DNA of 63,569 bases from Octopus bimaculoides (Eukaryota), in assembly GCF_001194135.2 (NCBI RefSeq), contig NC_068997.1, positions 10,775,301 through 10,838,869 of the forward strand. Reading direction: 5' to 3'. A program made the position numbers and the translations under genes. The notes below the pieces were generated by a model. It saw only the letters and a list, made by a program, of their open reading frames with translations, was not told the origin of the DNA and did not search any database. Shown in pieces: positions 23,754-37,394 of this stretch (the first letter of the stretch is position 1; every line of letters starts with the position of its first letter).

Positions 23754-25939
23754 AATGATATACGATATATATATATATATATATATAGCTTTTGGCAAAA
23801 CATTTACGAAAGTGCTTCTTAGAAATGCGCTTAACATCGCTTTTGAGAGCCGGGTCTGAAAGTTAAATGTGCGAAATAGATAATGATTACCAAATATTAT
23901 CATTTCAGTTTTATTTTCGTCTATGAACCTAGTCAGCACCAAATTAACTGTATCGTTAGAAAAACTCGGAGAAAGTTTTATTTGTTATTATTGATTTCTT
24001 TTGAACGTGTGCTAGGTGGCATTTCAGGAATAAATATAGTCTATTCAATCGATCCGCAATATAATTGGTACTTATTTTATTTAAATCTAGACACATTAAA
24101 AGTAAAGTGGATCTCAGCGTGATCAACCTCACTATGTATGGGCTCCAAAGAAAATACTGATAGGTATTCAATGTGTCACTTTACTATGAGAGAATTCTAT
24201 TTGTATGCATTGTTTACGTAGACACATTCAGATTGCGGTATATAAATAATGTGAATAGAAATTTTTATGATACTTATTAAAACATTTCAAAAGAGCATTA
24301 GCGAAATAGCTCCAGTTAGGAATCGATCTTACTTCACGCTATCCACCCAAATATTGTTATCCTTTTTTTACCAAAATAAAAGGTTAATTATTGTGAAGAC
24401 GTTCATTGTTTAAAATGTAACACAGAATATTACAGGTACTTAATGCGTTGCATTAGTGTCTCAATTGAAGAGATATGGCTTTCAAAGTAATGAGTTAAAT
24501 TCAACGGGTTAAGGATAGGCGTCTGCTGAAGATAATTCAAAAAGTGGAAAAATGCAAGGAGGTGAAGGATTATATTATTTTGACCTGACATGTGAAGACA
24601 TGAATTTGCCTTGTTTCTTCCTGGGACGTTAGAATGCTATTGTTTGTTGCAAACCATTATTTTATCCATTTTTTGTTGTATATTGTAAAACATTAAACGG
24701 AAAGCTGTAGTCAGTAGATGGGTGAGCTGAGAAATTCAGTTGATTTCTACATCAAAACTTCCTGCTGTAACTATACAGTATTAAAAACATCGGAATAAAT
24801 AAAAGGCTTGCAGAAAAGAATATGATGGATTGAGACGGCTATGCGACATACGCATGCATATTTTAGCTAACGTCGAGGAATGAAAACCGAATTGTTCCAT
24901 GGTAAACATTTAATTTAGAATGCAAAGAGAACTTGTGTGTGTGTGTGTGTGTGTGTGTGTGGTATGAGGGAGAGAGAGAGGAGGAGGGAGAGAATGATCG
25001 AGTGGAATATTAATATCATAAATCATGCAGTGTGACGCATTAAAAGTTAATCCTCTCACCTGGTGATATCTGCACATAAAGATTTTGAGCTGAAGGACTC
25101 AAGAGCAGAATATGCTGTTTTCTACTCCAGTGACATTAATAATGCCGAAAATCCAAATGGCTTGTATCATATGGTCTTAGTTTTCAGTATTTTGTACGGT
25201 CATAATCAAAGTAACCTTGCTCCTTTCTAAAAAAGCAACACCAAATGCGTTCTAAATGGGCAAACTAAACATGAGTAGCAACGAAGTAGGTGACAAACAA
25301 CTGGATAATATGTATCTAGGGCAACCACTATCGAGGTGATGGTTTAACTGGGCGGGCGTCAAATAACTTGGCTGACTAATAGACAAAATAATTGTCTCGC
25401 AGAGGTTTAATTGACGAGAGATACAATTTTTATTATATTATATAGTCTGAGGTAGCTCTTGATCTACTAAATATGTGATAAAAGACGCTGTCTCTGATAA
25501 TTGATCCAACGGTTTGCCCAATAAGCGCTGAAACGGTTCTAAACAATATTAAACGTCTTGTACTGTATCCCTGTAGTCCAGACACACTGATAATTAGATA
25601 GATTAAACATAATGTTGTATAGCTAGCTCTCACATTTTCCCCTCTAGTCTACGTGTCTGTCATCTAGTTTTACCTGAACCTGACGTTTAATATGTGACAC
25701 CGTGTAACAATTAGGACACTTTTAAGTTTAATAGTGAGGTAAATTAAGCTGCAGTTTTATATTTCTGAGATGGGAAATGAATTGAATTGATTTTTATAAA
25801 GAAATCGATTTAGTGCATCGATTTCTGGAAGTGTTACTTTGAAAGTCGTAAAGTAAATAAATTCTCGACTGAAGTAAGCTTTTATGGCGTTCATGCTTTT
25901 CTTTTAATGTTATAATATATTGAAAAGTGACTTCAACTA

Positions 25940-26210
25940 TGAATAGGCCTAGTGGTTACAGATTTGAGCTCACCATCTTAAGATCGAGTGTTCGATTCCT
26001 GCAGGCGTGTTGTGTCCTTGAGAAATTTCCTTTATTTCATGTTTCTCTTGTTCACTCAGGTGGCAAACGTGAGTTGTACGTGTATTTCAAATGGCCATCT
26101 TTGTAACATTCTGTGTCCCGCCGAATCTCCATGAGAACTACGTTGAATTCATGAGCAGGCTGCTCTGTTGGTCGGACCAACTAAACCTCTTGCCGTCATA
26201 ACCGATGGAG
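25940..26210 (+). mobile_element. tRNA-derived SINE with 'tgtgtccttgag' central domain (family C-type tail)
   Basis: A-box 'tagtggtta', B-box 'gttcgattcc', then 'ttgtgtccttgaga'; 3' part 'acattctgtgtcccgccgaatctcc...gagcaggct...gatggagtg' matches the 36836-37191 element. Confidence 0.75.
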
Positions 26211-26920
26211 TGATATATCTGTATGTGTGTATGTGTGTACATGTGTGTGTGCGTGTGTGTATGTGTGAGTATATATATATATATATATTTTACTTGTTTC
26301 AGCCATGCGGCTGTGGTCATATTTATATTTATATATAAACACATGCATTTATAAATGTGTGTATGTAGGTGCTTGTGTATTTATCAGAAATATGATCCTT
26401 GATAAACCGCGTAAAAGGAATGTACATATTCCTATACAAATTTTATACCCCCACCAACAAAATATTGTCTTTTATATAAAATAGATCAATATATATAGGT
26501 ATATGTTACGTATATATATACATGCATTAACATTTATACACACATACACACACACACTAATAAAAGTAAAATGTACTTATATATATCAAGTATATTTATA
26601 TGCATAATATATTTCAAGAATGCTTGAAATTTAATCGCTTAAATCATTCTTTCATATATTCCTATTCATTTTCTAAAACCTTCAAATCGAAACATGTTTA
26701 ATACTCACTGAAACCCCATTAACATTCGACGTATTCCACAGTGATTATATATACAAGCACTCACCTAGACAAGTACTTGCAAGTCTACGTGAGAAACTAT
26801 GCACACTAACACACAGGAACATATGTATGACGTAAATTACATACACATGTTCAAAACACTTAAGAAATGTTATATATAAAAGAGAATCTTACGCAAGAAT
26901 TTATTCAGTACATATGCAAT

Positions 26921-27005
26921 TCATATCTATGGAATCTTTAAATTTCGATGTTTATTCTATGTAAATCATATCTATGGAATCTTTAAATTTAGACGTTTAT
27001 TCTAT
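26921..27005. repeat. 45-bp imperfect tandem duplication
   Basis: 'tcatatctatggaatctttaaattt...gtttattctat' at 26921 and 26966. Confidence 0.85.
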
Positions 27006-27289
27006 TGGCTAATAAAAGGAGATATGTACAGGGGGAGATATCCTGCTTGTTTATTGAACGTATTCATGTAAAATTATCTACAATTTATGCGAGGGTATGT
27101 GCATGCGTATGTGTCCATGTGTGTATGTGTGTGTGCTTTGCTGAATGTCTCGTGAGTTTAACCCTTGAACATATAGATTTCTCTGTGAAATGTAACACTT
27201 ATTCATTCACATTGTTTTGAATTATTCGTGAATTATCTCATAGCTTTGAGATTTCAATGATATGATTATTTATCTTTAGAAGTTGTAGA

Positions 27290-27381
27290 GGAGGTATGAG
27301 AAGTTAGATCTGACCGGTTTGAACATAAAAAAGGCGGAATGTTTTGGCCGGATGTCGCTTGTTTGAATTCTAAATGGTTAA
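27290..27381 (-). mobile_element. Possible terminus of a TTAA-flanked (piggyBac-like) non-autonomous repeat
   Basis: Reverse strand reads 'ttaa-ccatttagaattcaaacaagcgacatccggccaaaac'; only one end is seen. Confidence 0.3.
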
Positions 27382-28827
27382 TGTTAAATATACTGCTCGC
27401 CGAAATGAGAACGAATGACTAGTGCGGCTTTCCTGTATATATTTGTGCTTTATGTGAGGTAAGTTGTACGTTTAATTTCGATAGATGCTTCCAAACTATA
27501 ATGCCTTAAGTATTTTCTTCTATGTCCATAATTTTCCCTTTAAAAATGCACACGCACACAGAAAAGTTTCAAGAAAAAAAATGTATTATTATGCATGTAA
27601 ATATTTCAGATACAATTTACATTTTAAAAAAGAATTTATTAAAACTATAAAGCTGTTTGTTTGTGAAATCTCTCTCATTAAGAAACAATACATAAACTGA
27701 ATAATATTATATTCCCATGGTCGTTTAGCTAGCTTTACATGATACTTCATTAAGTTTCTTCTATGTCGTAATATCGATTAGAATCACTCGAACGAGATAA
27801 TTAAATAACAGATATGTGTTGTTAGATAATTAATTTGATGATATTATCAACTCCAGTATAAAGACGGAATTAATTTCATTTGTGTCATTTCTGTAGATTA
27901 CCGATAACAGCTTTAATACAACAGGAACTCTTTGACGAAATTACAAAGCAAAAATTATCTTAACCAAGTGGGAATTAATAGTAAAATCATTTTGAAAAAT
28001 AATAACAAATGGTACAAAAATAACTTCTCAAGAAAGTCTTTAGTTATAAATCATTCTAGCATATATTTCGGAATTGTACATATGTTGAAATTGAAACAAT
28101 TATTTTAAGGAAGTGTCACCTTCTCTATTCAAAAAACACACAGAAAATTAATACTTTCACTTCAGTTTACTTTATAATTCCATCATATGTTATAGCGTTG
28201 TATAAGTTTCGTATTCTAATCACTAACATAATTCCACTGTATTCGGAGAATTGTCATGTAGTATACACGGCATTTATTTGAATCAAATACATATCCCTTT
28301 TACTAGATGAAAATAATGATACCTGTGCATAATTCAGTATCAAGGATGGTAATCAGTCTTCAAACTTATACGGATTATACCTATATATAATTGGCGTCTA
28401 AGATAGTGGTCCTGGTTGGAATTAGCAAAAAAATTAATTGGAATGGGAATTTACCTTCAGTAAATATGACAGTAAATATGGCAGGGTTTATGTGAGATTT
28501 ACTGAATTGCATTTTATGGATGTCTATTGAGATGTTTTTCATTGCAATGTGAATTTATGCTGCTCTCATTTGATTTCTAAAATGAGTCAACGCTCTTTTG
28601 AGAGCTATCTTTCTAATGGCTCCTCACTCGTCAACCTTTAGGCAAAATGAAAGAAAATATTACTTTAGTATTAATTTCGCAGATTTTGAAAGCGGAGATT
28701 TATTTCGTTGTATTTATTTTTCATTTTTGTTTATATGTTAAGCTATCATTTTCCAATTAAGACGGTAAAACTGCAGGAAATGATATTTAGTTTATATTTT
28801 TAATGATACTACAACACCTAGAATAGC

Positions 28828-28886
<59 letters not shown>
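28828..28886. repeat. Pure (AAT)n, about 19-20 units
   Basis: Directly visible. Confidence 0.97.
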
Positions 28887-28887
<1 letters not shown>

Positions 28888-30317
28888 TAGCCTTAATTTA
28901 GTAACAGCCAATAAGAAACTGATAAATTCAACAAAACATAAACAGCATCGTAATAAACTACCGCAGCAACTGCAATATTTGAATCACTAAAACTAATTAT
29001 ATTTGAGGTGCATTATTAATAGATACGTTCTCAAACATTGAAATATAAAGAGGAGACATGATAATATTAATAAAACATGATAAATTACATACAAATGCTG
29101 AAAAGAAAACTAAAAGCTATGAGGAGAAAAAAATGAAGGAAACGTTACGCTAAAAAAATTATAAACAAAATGGAAGACATAAAAACGTATCTTAAAAATA
29201 AAAGCAGAAACCCATGAAAATAACAAACGTATCCAAATTCAAAGTAATAAATAGAAGAAATGGTAATTATATGGTGATGTTAATAAATCTGAGAAATTAA
29301 TTCTCGAAGCTAATTACTAGTTAAAACAAAAGTTTCAAAGTTTTCACCGTAATTAGACATATATGTGGAAAATAATTGGAAACAATAATATTGTTATTTA
29401 ATTTTTTTATGTTATAAGATGGTGGATTAGCAGAGTCGTAAGAACTGTGGTATTTTAATACTGCCCTTCACGTTGAGAGTTTGCGAGGTTGACTATTGTC
29501 ATTCATGGTGGAAGGTAGATGAAATATGCATCAGTAAATACTGCGGTTACTTCATGCGATTACACCTATCGTCCCAAATTTATTGCATTGGGATTATTTT
29601 TTAGAAATTAACGATTCGGACTTCAGGGAATTTGGATTCTATTTCTTGTAAGGTTTTCGTAAGTCACGTACTAGTAAAGCCAGTTTACTTGTATGATGAA
29701 TAATGTTACCTATAGAGGTTTAGTTTCTATATCTGCATATAATGATGCTGAAATTCAGAGTTCCAAATTTTTTGTTCAATTATAATTGAAAATATGAGCA
29801 GGTAATTGCTGCAAAGGAAAATGAAAATAAGACATTGGGACGATGATTTAAAGAGTAGAAAAAACAAACAAACAAACAAACAAACAAAAAACAAATAAAA
29901 ACAAAACAAACTCACTTTCAGTATTTGCACAGGTACGTGCGTGTGTCCTCGTTTATATTACAGCTGTCAGAGAAAAAAATACATTAGAAAATGCTATTTA
30001 TTTCATCTCCATTTCTATGATGCCACATTCCTTGCGTTGAGTGTGTGTTGTACTGCACAGGGAAACAAATCAAACATATTCATATTATGCAGGTGCACAT
30101 TTAGAGAAAAAGAAAATGAGGTATTGGAGAGAAACTGATAGTAAAAGAAACGAAAGGAATGTGACAGAAAAAACCAAAGGAGAAAGATGATATGGTTAGA
30201 GGAGATTAAAATATAAACCAAGGCGCCAGAAAGTAGATCACAAAATTAGCATAGGTATTATGTGTGTGTGTGTATGCATGTGTGTGCGTGTGGGTGTGTG
30301 AGTGTGTGTGTGTGTAT

Positions 30318-30355
<38 letters not shown>

Positions 30356-30359
30356 TCTT

Positions 30360-30550
30360 TTACTTGTTTTAGTCTGCTGACTGCGGTCGTGCTGGAGCAC
30401 CGCTTTGAAAGGTGTTAGTCGAACACGTTGTCTCCAGGAGTTATTTTTTAAGCCTAGTACATATTCTATCAATCGCTTATACCGAATCACTAGGTTACTG
30501 GGACGTAAACACACCAAAACCGGCTGTCACGCAGTGGTGGAGGGACAAAC
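30360..30550 (-). mobile_element. SINE family B 3' half
   Basis: 'gactgcggtcgtgctggagcaccgc...agcctagtacatattctatc...gggacgtaaacacacc' is the reverse of the 47100-47260 segment. Confidence 0.8.
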
Positions 30551-31342
30551 AGTATTGGCCATCCGTGACGACTTCAAGGGTTAGCCCTCTTTATTCAAGT
30601 TCGGTGTCACATCTGCTGGGATCTGCTTGACATCCCGTAAAGTTTTATGGGTGTAGTTACTGACGTGGGGGTGTGGGTGTGGGCAGAAAGATGGGAAGGA
30701 AAGAAGCGCGTTTGTGTGTGTATGTATAGACTTGCGCGTGTGCATGTATGTGTGTGTGTGTATGAATGCAAGAGTGTTTACTTATGCGTGTTCACCAGGT
30801 GCTTGCGGATAAGTGTTTCTGTGAATGTGTGCACGTGCGTGTTCTTGTGCATATGTGTATGTTCCTGCGTGGGTGTGTGCGTGCGTGCGTGTGTATGGAC
30901 ACACTGCGTGAATTGTGGTAAGTGGTGATGTGGTTGTCTTACGTACGACGTATATTTTCTATTTATTTAACGGTAATGTCACACTTACGATAATAGATTC
31001 ACTTATCTCTATGTGTATGTGTGTGTGTGTGTGTGTGTGCCTGGTTGCGTACTTAACATATAGTACTTAAGTATATACTTAACATATATGTATCCACACA
31101 CATGCATGCACCAAGCGATGTGTGCCTGTCAATGTCAGGTAATAAATGCTTTTGCATGTTTGTTTCCTTATATCTTTCTATATTTAGGCTCTGCATAATC
31201 CTATATACGTCTAGTTCCTTTTATTTTAGTTATAGACGTTGCTGGAAAAACTTCACATTTCTCATACCATACAAATGCTTTTAACGTTTTTTTCGTATTC
31301 ATCTTTTTTCTCCATAAATTTTAATTTGTCTGTCTGTCTATC

Positions 31343-31384
<42 letters not shown>

Positions 31385-32721
31385 CCTGTCTGTCTGTCTC
31401 TCTCTGTATCTAATCCTCTTTATCTCAGGTGAAGGGAGGGAGATATGAATGAAATAACTCATACAAAAATAAGAGAAATAAGAAACTGAGTTTTGGAGTA
31501 AGCAGAAAGTTAGACATTGATAAAATGCATCGATTTAAAAAGAATAAATGAAAAAGTGAAAGAAAATTCTGGAGAATAAAAGCAAAACATGGGACCAATT
31601 TTCATTTCGCACAATGTTTCGTTTTTCAGTTCGCTAAGCTCAAGGGCAAATGCTTTCGAATATTAGCGGCTATTTAAAGAACAACATACTTCCCAGGTGG
31701 GCAACTTTACGCTAGTACGTGCAGAGGTAGAAATGGATATGGACTTAGCACTAGAATAGATCTTTTGACGACATTATTGTGTTCATGAAAATTTTTAGAT
31801 GTATATGTTAGATATGGGTATTGTATAATAAACGAAATGCTCTTATATAGTTTTCTTGTTATATAATATAATGTTCTCAACATTGTATTGTATTAAAAGA
31901 AAGTAACAATCGTACTTAAAATGCTTAATCATTTTATATTAATAATAGAAATAATGTGTGCTTTTAATGTGACTGATGTCACTTGAATATTCAATTCAGA
32001 CGTAAAAAGAGAATTTATGTTCACATATAATGTTCAGCATCCGCAAGGCGGTACTAAGCTATTTCGTATTACATATTATAAAATAGAGTGTCTTTCTTTT
32101 TTTCTTTGCAAGAAGTTAACTGTCTTGTGAAATCGATATCACTTATGTAACAAGTGGTTAATTAAAAATCCTTAGTTTAATCGTCCATACGAGAGGCTAT
32201 AATAATTACTTTGTAAAATTGCAAATCAATCAAAATTTACTACAACTATTATTACAACTGCTTCAATTTTTACATCTTTACTACGAGTGATGGTAGAGAT
32301 ATCAAAGACTTGTGCATATTGTTACAAATATTTTAGGGTAGAATACAATCAGCTGAATATATATATATATATATATATATANNNNNNNNNNNNNNNNNNN
32401 NNNNNNNNNNNNNNNNNNNNNNNNNNNNNNNNNNNNNNNNNNNNNNNNNNNNNNNNNNNNNNNNNNNNNNNNNNNNNNNNNNNNNNNNNNNNNNNNNNNN
32501 NNNNNNNNNNNNNNNNNNNNNNNNNNNNNNNNNNNNNNNNNNNNNNNNNNNNNNNNNNNNNNNNNNNNNNNNNNNNNNNNNNNNNNNNNNNNNTTTTAAA
32601 TAAGTTCTCCACCAATAATGGTGCTTACATACCGATGGGCTTGGTAAAAATTATTAATTATTAATTGTTGATGTATTAATGAATTAATAAATTGATAATC
32701 CTTTACCCTTTTAATTTGTAA

Positions 32722-32753
<32 letters not shown>

Positions 32754-34194
32754 CGTACATGAATGGTAGATATTTTATTGATTTCAGTCGGAATTCATAG
32801 AAAATTAGAAATCTACAAGTCTCTCGTAAATCACCTAGTCTGAATTTCTATAATTAATTCCAGTCGACATTAATTTCGAGCCAATTGTCGTGTTTCTAAA
32901 AAGCTACGAATTGTAAGGAAAGTTCTTAGCTGTTGGAGAGAATAGTAGTCATCGTATGACGTATAGACAAAGGAAAATGTAAGTAACGGGCAAGCTAAAA
33001 TCTTCAAAAATGACGTCGGATAATATATTTACACTTCGACAAAACATTTTCTTTCTTCAACAGATAAATTGAAGTGAATAAAAAAAAGAGGGAAAATTTG
33101 CCATTGGAAACATGATGGATAATCTAGACGTCGAAATTTTAATGTGTAGCCAGACATTCGAGATACAGTGATTGACAGAGAGTATTCGTCTGGTTACCTT
33201 TATCTGTATAAATTCAAGCAGATCGATATTCAGGACAAGATGGGGCTTCCGGACTGGATATGCGAACTGTGTGGGCTTATATAACTTTAAACAAATAATT
33301 GGTCAGTGGCTGTATGGAGATAGCTTATGATGGCGGTGGGATTGGATAAATCGATTAAATCGAGCTCAGTATACATCAAATGTAATGAAGAAAAATAGTT
33401 TTTATGACATATTTAGTGAATAATAGGGAACTGCAAACCAAGCACATTACAATCAGATAACCCATACAAAAGTGGATCATCTCGTTGGTCGAATGAAATG
33501 CTAGAAATAACAACCTCCCTCAAAGGACATATTTTCATTAAGACGGTATGTTTATGTTTGAAACGTGTTATCATAGGTATACTCAATGAAGGTTGATAGA
33601 AGAAACGGTAACAGCAATAACCTCGGTATTTTATAGATACCTAAACAGTAAATACTACAAGTTTGATATGTGCCTCTGAGCAATATTTGGTGTGTGTGTA
33701 CGTGTGCGTTATTTTATATTCTGAAGTTCATTAAGTGCTATGCAAAAACGAATTCTTTAGGGAGAAATTTAAGACCTACTCAGTTATTAATTCACCAGTG
33801 ATGCTATGCTTATCAGAGCTTCGAAATGTTAATGCTTATTACTTTGTAAAAAATCAGTAGATTGGTAGAACCGCTCAGCTGAAACAACGATTATAGGACT
33901 TGTGGTATTTTGTGACGTCCATTTCTATTTAGAATTCAAAAGCCGTAGACGTTCACTTTACAGTTAGCTATTATCTTGCGTCCACTTTGGCGTTTCTCAA
34001 AGGAAATACGAATTACAGGTGAGAAATCAACAAAATAGGTTCTAGCGGAATACTGGGTCAAATTTGATAAACTACGCTTCTTGAAATATGTGACGATTTG
34101 GGTATAATTTAGAGATTATTATATAACCCGGAGAACAGAGTCTCAACAATGCCCTTTACCGCTTCTTAGAATATAATCCTTTGTATTATAGGCA

Positions 34195-34305
34195 CAAGGC
34201 CTGAAGTTTTTGCGGAGGAGATTAGTTGATTACATCGACCCCAGAATTTCTCTGGTACTTAATTTCTTGATCCCGAAAGGACAAAAGGGCTTCGTAAAAT
34301 ATAAT
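34195..34305 (-). mobile_element. SINE family A 3' fragment
   Basis: 'ggcacaaggcctgaagttttt...gattacatcgaccccag...ctggtacttaattt...cccgaaagga'. Confidence 0.7.
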
Positions 34306-36835
34306 GTGGAATATACTGTCAAATCTCCTTTTCAGTTTCGGGTGGCTGATTTAAAACGTAATATAAACAGTATTGACATTCTGTCGGTTTTTCAGTTCTG
34401 GGGAGAAATAATACGTGGGAACTCTTCAATACAATGAAAGAAAACAAACGATTGCATAAAGTAGCTTTGTTAAAAGAATTTTTTGCGACGTGCTAGTTCA
34501 GATGTAAGCAGGCTATGCGGGCCATACAAAATGTCAAGGTAACGAAACACCACAGTAACGCTCGATTAGTTGTAATGTGTTACAGCCACTATTAAAGGCT
34601 GAACATTCGGCACTAGTGAGCAAGGGGGAGTGTTTGCAATGCAATATTAGTGTCTAAAGTGTCAAATGAATATGCTATTATGTCATATTCGAATCTTGTA
34701 ACCAGTCAGTGTATAGATTTTCGGTAAGTAATCATAACTATATCATATACATGCATTTACCATCGGAAATTAGTAGGGATATTGTGAAGCGTGGCATTTG
34801 TAGCTTTTTTGATAAAATTCTTTTAGTAGTCTGTTGATTAAAATAGTGCAAGCTTAGAGTAAGTTTTCTTGATTACATAGAGATGATACTTGTACAAGGA
34901 AGCGGAATGCAAAGCTGAAGTAAAATATTTTAGAAACGACTAACAGCAACTATATTCGTTGTTGATTTACAGAATAAAGAGTTTAGATTATTATAACCGA
35001 AGACTGTTAAAATCCAATGTTTATGAAGCGTAGGATGGATAAAGGGTTATACTGTGATAAGAGGATCTGTAATTAAATCAGCGACCCAAGTGCTGGGAGA
35101 GGGATCAAACATATAATTAGAAAAGTTAGATAATATGCTTCTATATTAGAAACTGCCAAAATCACATCAGTTATATCAGAAGTAAATTCTCTTTCGTGAA
35201 ATTTTCAAGTATACTATTGAGGAATCTCGAGTATTTCAGCGTAGAAGGAAACTGCAGTAAATAGTAGTACTCTACCCTTGCACGTTTCACCTGTAATCTG
35301 GGAGTCTGTACACGCGATACTCAAAAAGAAACGCTATTGGCCTGACATTTATCTTGCGGGTACTGTGGTTGGGAGTAAAGTCTATCTCGTTCGTGTTTTA
35401 CTTTAAATATACGCAGTTTTGTTCGTTTATGTCTTTTTTTGTTAGTGTTATTTCCTGACGTTTTTTTTTCAGAAAAGAAAAATGCGGCCATTATTTATGA
35501 ACATTTTGGTTTTCATTAGCTGTGTTATAGTTTGAAAATATTTATGCTTATATGAATACTTTAATAATATATTTATTAAAAAAATAGATTAAAATATAGA
35601 ATTCAGATTTTTGAATAATGTAGACAATCAATGAGTCTGTCCTATCTTTTCGAACATTACGCTGGCATACTTGTTTCTATATATTTCCAATTACTTTGGC
35701 AATCAATTTCTTCACAAATCGTCAATATTAAAATGTTCTATATTATATTTGATTTTAGATTTACATTTGTGGTAAACCATTTTACCATTTTTTTTCGTTC
35801 AGAGCAGCTCTAATAGACAATGTTCATAGTCTACTTCATTCTATGCATTTTTTTTTACTTGCTAGTTAATCCTTGCTCATATTTCTTCTGTAAAATACTT
35901 TCCTCATATTTCTTTTGTGAAATGCCATTGATTGTTGATGGAAATCATTAAAATACTTTACAGCATATCTCTTCAATCATCCTAACGTAATCTCGTTTCT
36001 TTAAATTAGGTGCTTCTTTTCTTTTAAACAATGTTGGAAACAATATTGGCGCCTGCGTTAGATAAAAATCTATGAAAAACGGACAGACACGTTATTGAAT
36101 TATAAGGAAGAGTAAGTGTAGTATTTTTTCTTTTACCTTTCCTTTGATAATCACTGGATTTTATAATGATGAATTATTCGTATATGTTTATTTCAAACTT
36201 AGAATAGATTTTAAACTCATTGATTTTATGCTAAGCATCGGAAATTGCATTAGTAAATAAACTAATGGGTCTAGTAAGTATTCTATAGTCTAGCCATGTG
36301 TATCATATATTTTCATGTATGTGTAACATGCCTGTATATGTGCGAGAAAATATATTGATCAGCGAATTCATGAGTGTTTAGTAACCATTTTAAGATTTTG
36401 TTCGAAGATTGTATGTTGTTTTCTTTTATTAGGAATGAAAGATTAGTAAATGATACAATTGTTCAATACTTTTTTTGTTTTTCTGGAGAGGGGAAGGTGT
36501 CAGGTATAGAAGAAGAGTCGTTATCATTGAAAGAGCAGTAAATCTATAACGACAAACGCTGTTGTTACGACGATATTTGGCTGTCTTCCAAGCGTCATTG
36601 CAACATTTGACCACTTTCAAACGCACCTCCATGTCTCCGCAATGATACTTATCTCATTCTATATCTGAACCCATACGAACCAATTTCAGACGGGAAAGAA
36701 TACTAATCCCCTAGTGGGTCTGTTGTTAATCATTCTGTGTCTAAAAGTGATTGCTATAATGCCTACTATGAATTTAAAGAATGTCCTAGCCGGTGAGCGA
36801 TAAGATATTTCAGGGTTATAGCTTGTTGCAAATAT

Positions 36836-37191
36836 CGTGGCACTCCGTCGCAAACGACGACGAGGGTTCCAGAAGTTCCGATTAACGGAAAAGCCTGCTC
36901 GTTAAATTAACTCCACAGACACGTGTACCCATAAGGTAGTTCTCGCGGAGATTCAGCGTGACACAGAATGTGACAAAGCTGGCCCTTTGATATACAGGTG
37001 CAACAGAGACAGGAAGAAAGAGAGAGAGAAAGTTGTGGTGAAAGAGTACATCAGGCACCCTCTGCTGGAGCCTCGTGGAACTTTAGGTGTTTTCGCTCAA
37101 TAAACGCTCGCAATGTCCGGTCTGGGAATCGAAACCGCGATCCTACGACCGCGAGTCCGCTGCCCTAACCACTGGTCCATTGCACCTCTAC
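36836..37191 (-). mobile_element. Complete tRNA-derived SINE (family C) with 11-bp target-site duplication
   Basis: Reverse head 'ggtgcaatggaccagtggttagggcagcggactcgcggtcgtaggatcgcggtttcgattcccagacc' with A and B boxes; 'gttgcaaatat' flanks both sides (36825-36835 and 37192-37202). Confidence 0.92.
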
Positions 37192-37394
37192 GTTGCAAAT
37201 ATATGAAGAATTTGTAGCATTAAACTATACACCTTGAAACTTGATCTCCATTCGTACAAACATTAAATATACCGACGTTGCTGTTCAAAGCAGATTATAT
37301 GTATACTCTTTCTTCACTAAACCCTGTAGTGTTATGTTGAGTATGAAATATAAAGAGAAAATTTCAAAATTCTTTATTTGCTGTTTAATAATGT

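Noticed and set aside
37115-37188. tRNA-like sequence with A and B boxes
   Set aside because: It is the head of a TSD-flanked SINE that continues into a SINE body; not called a tRNA gene.
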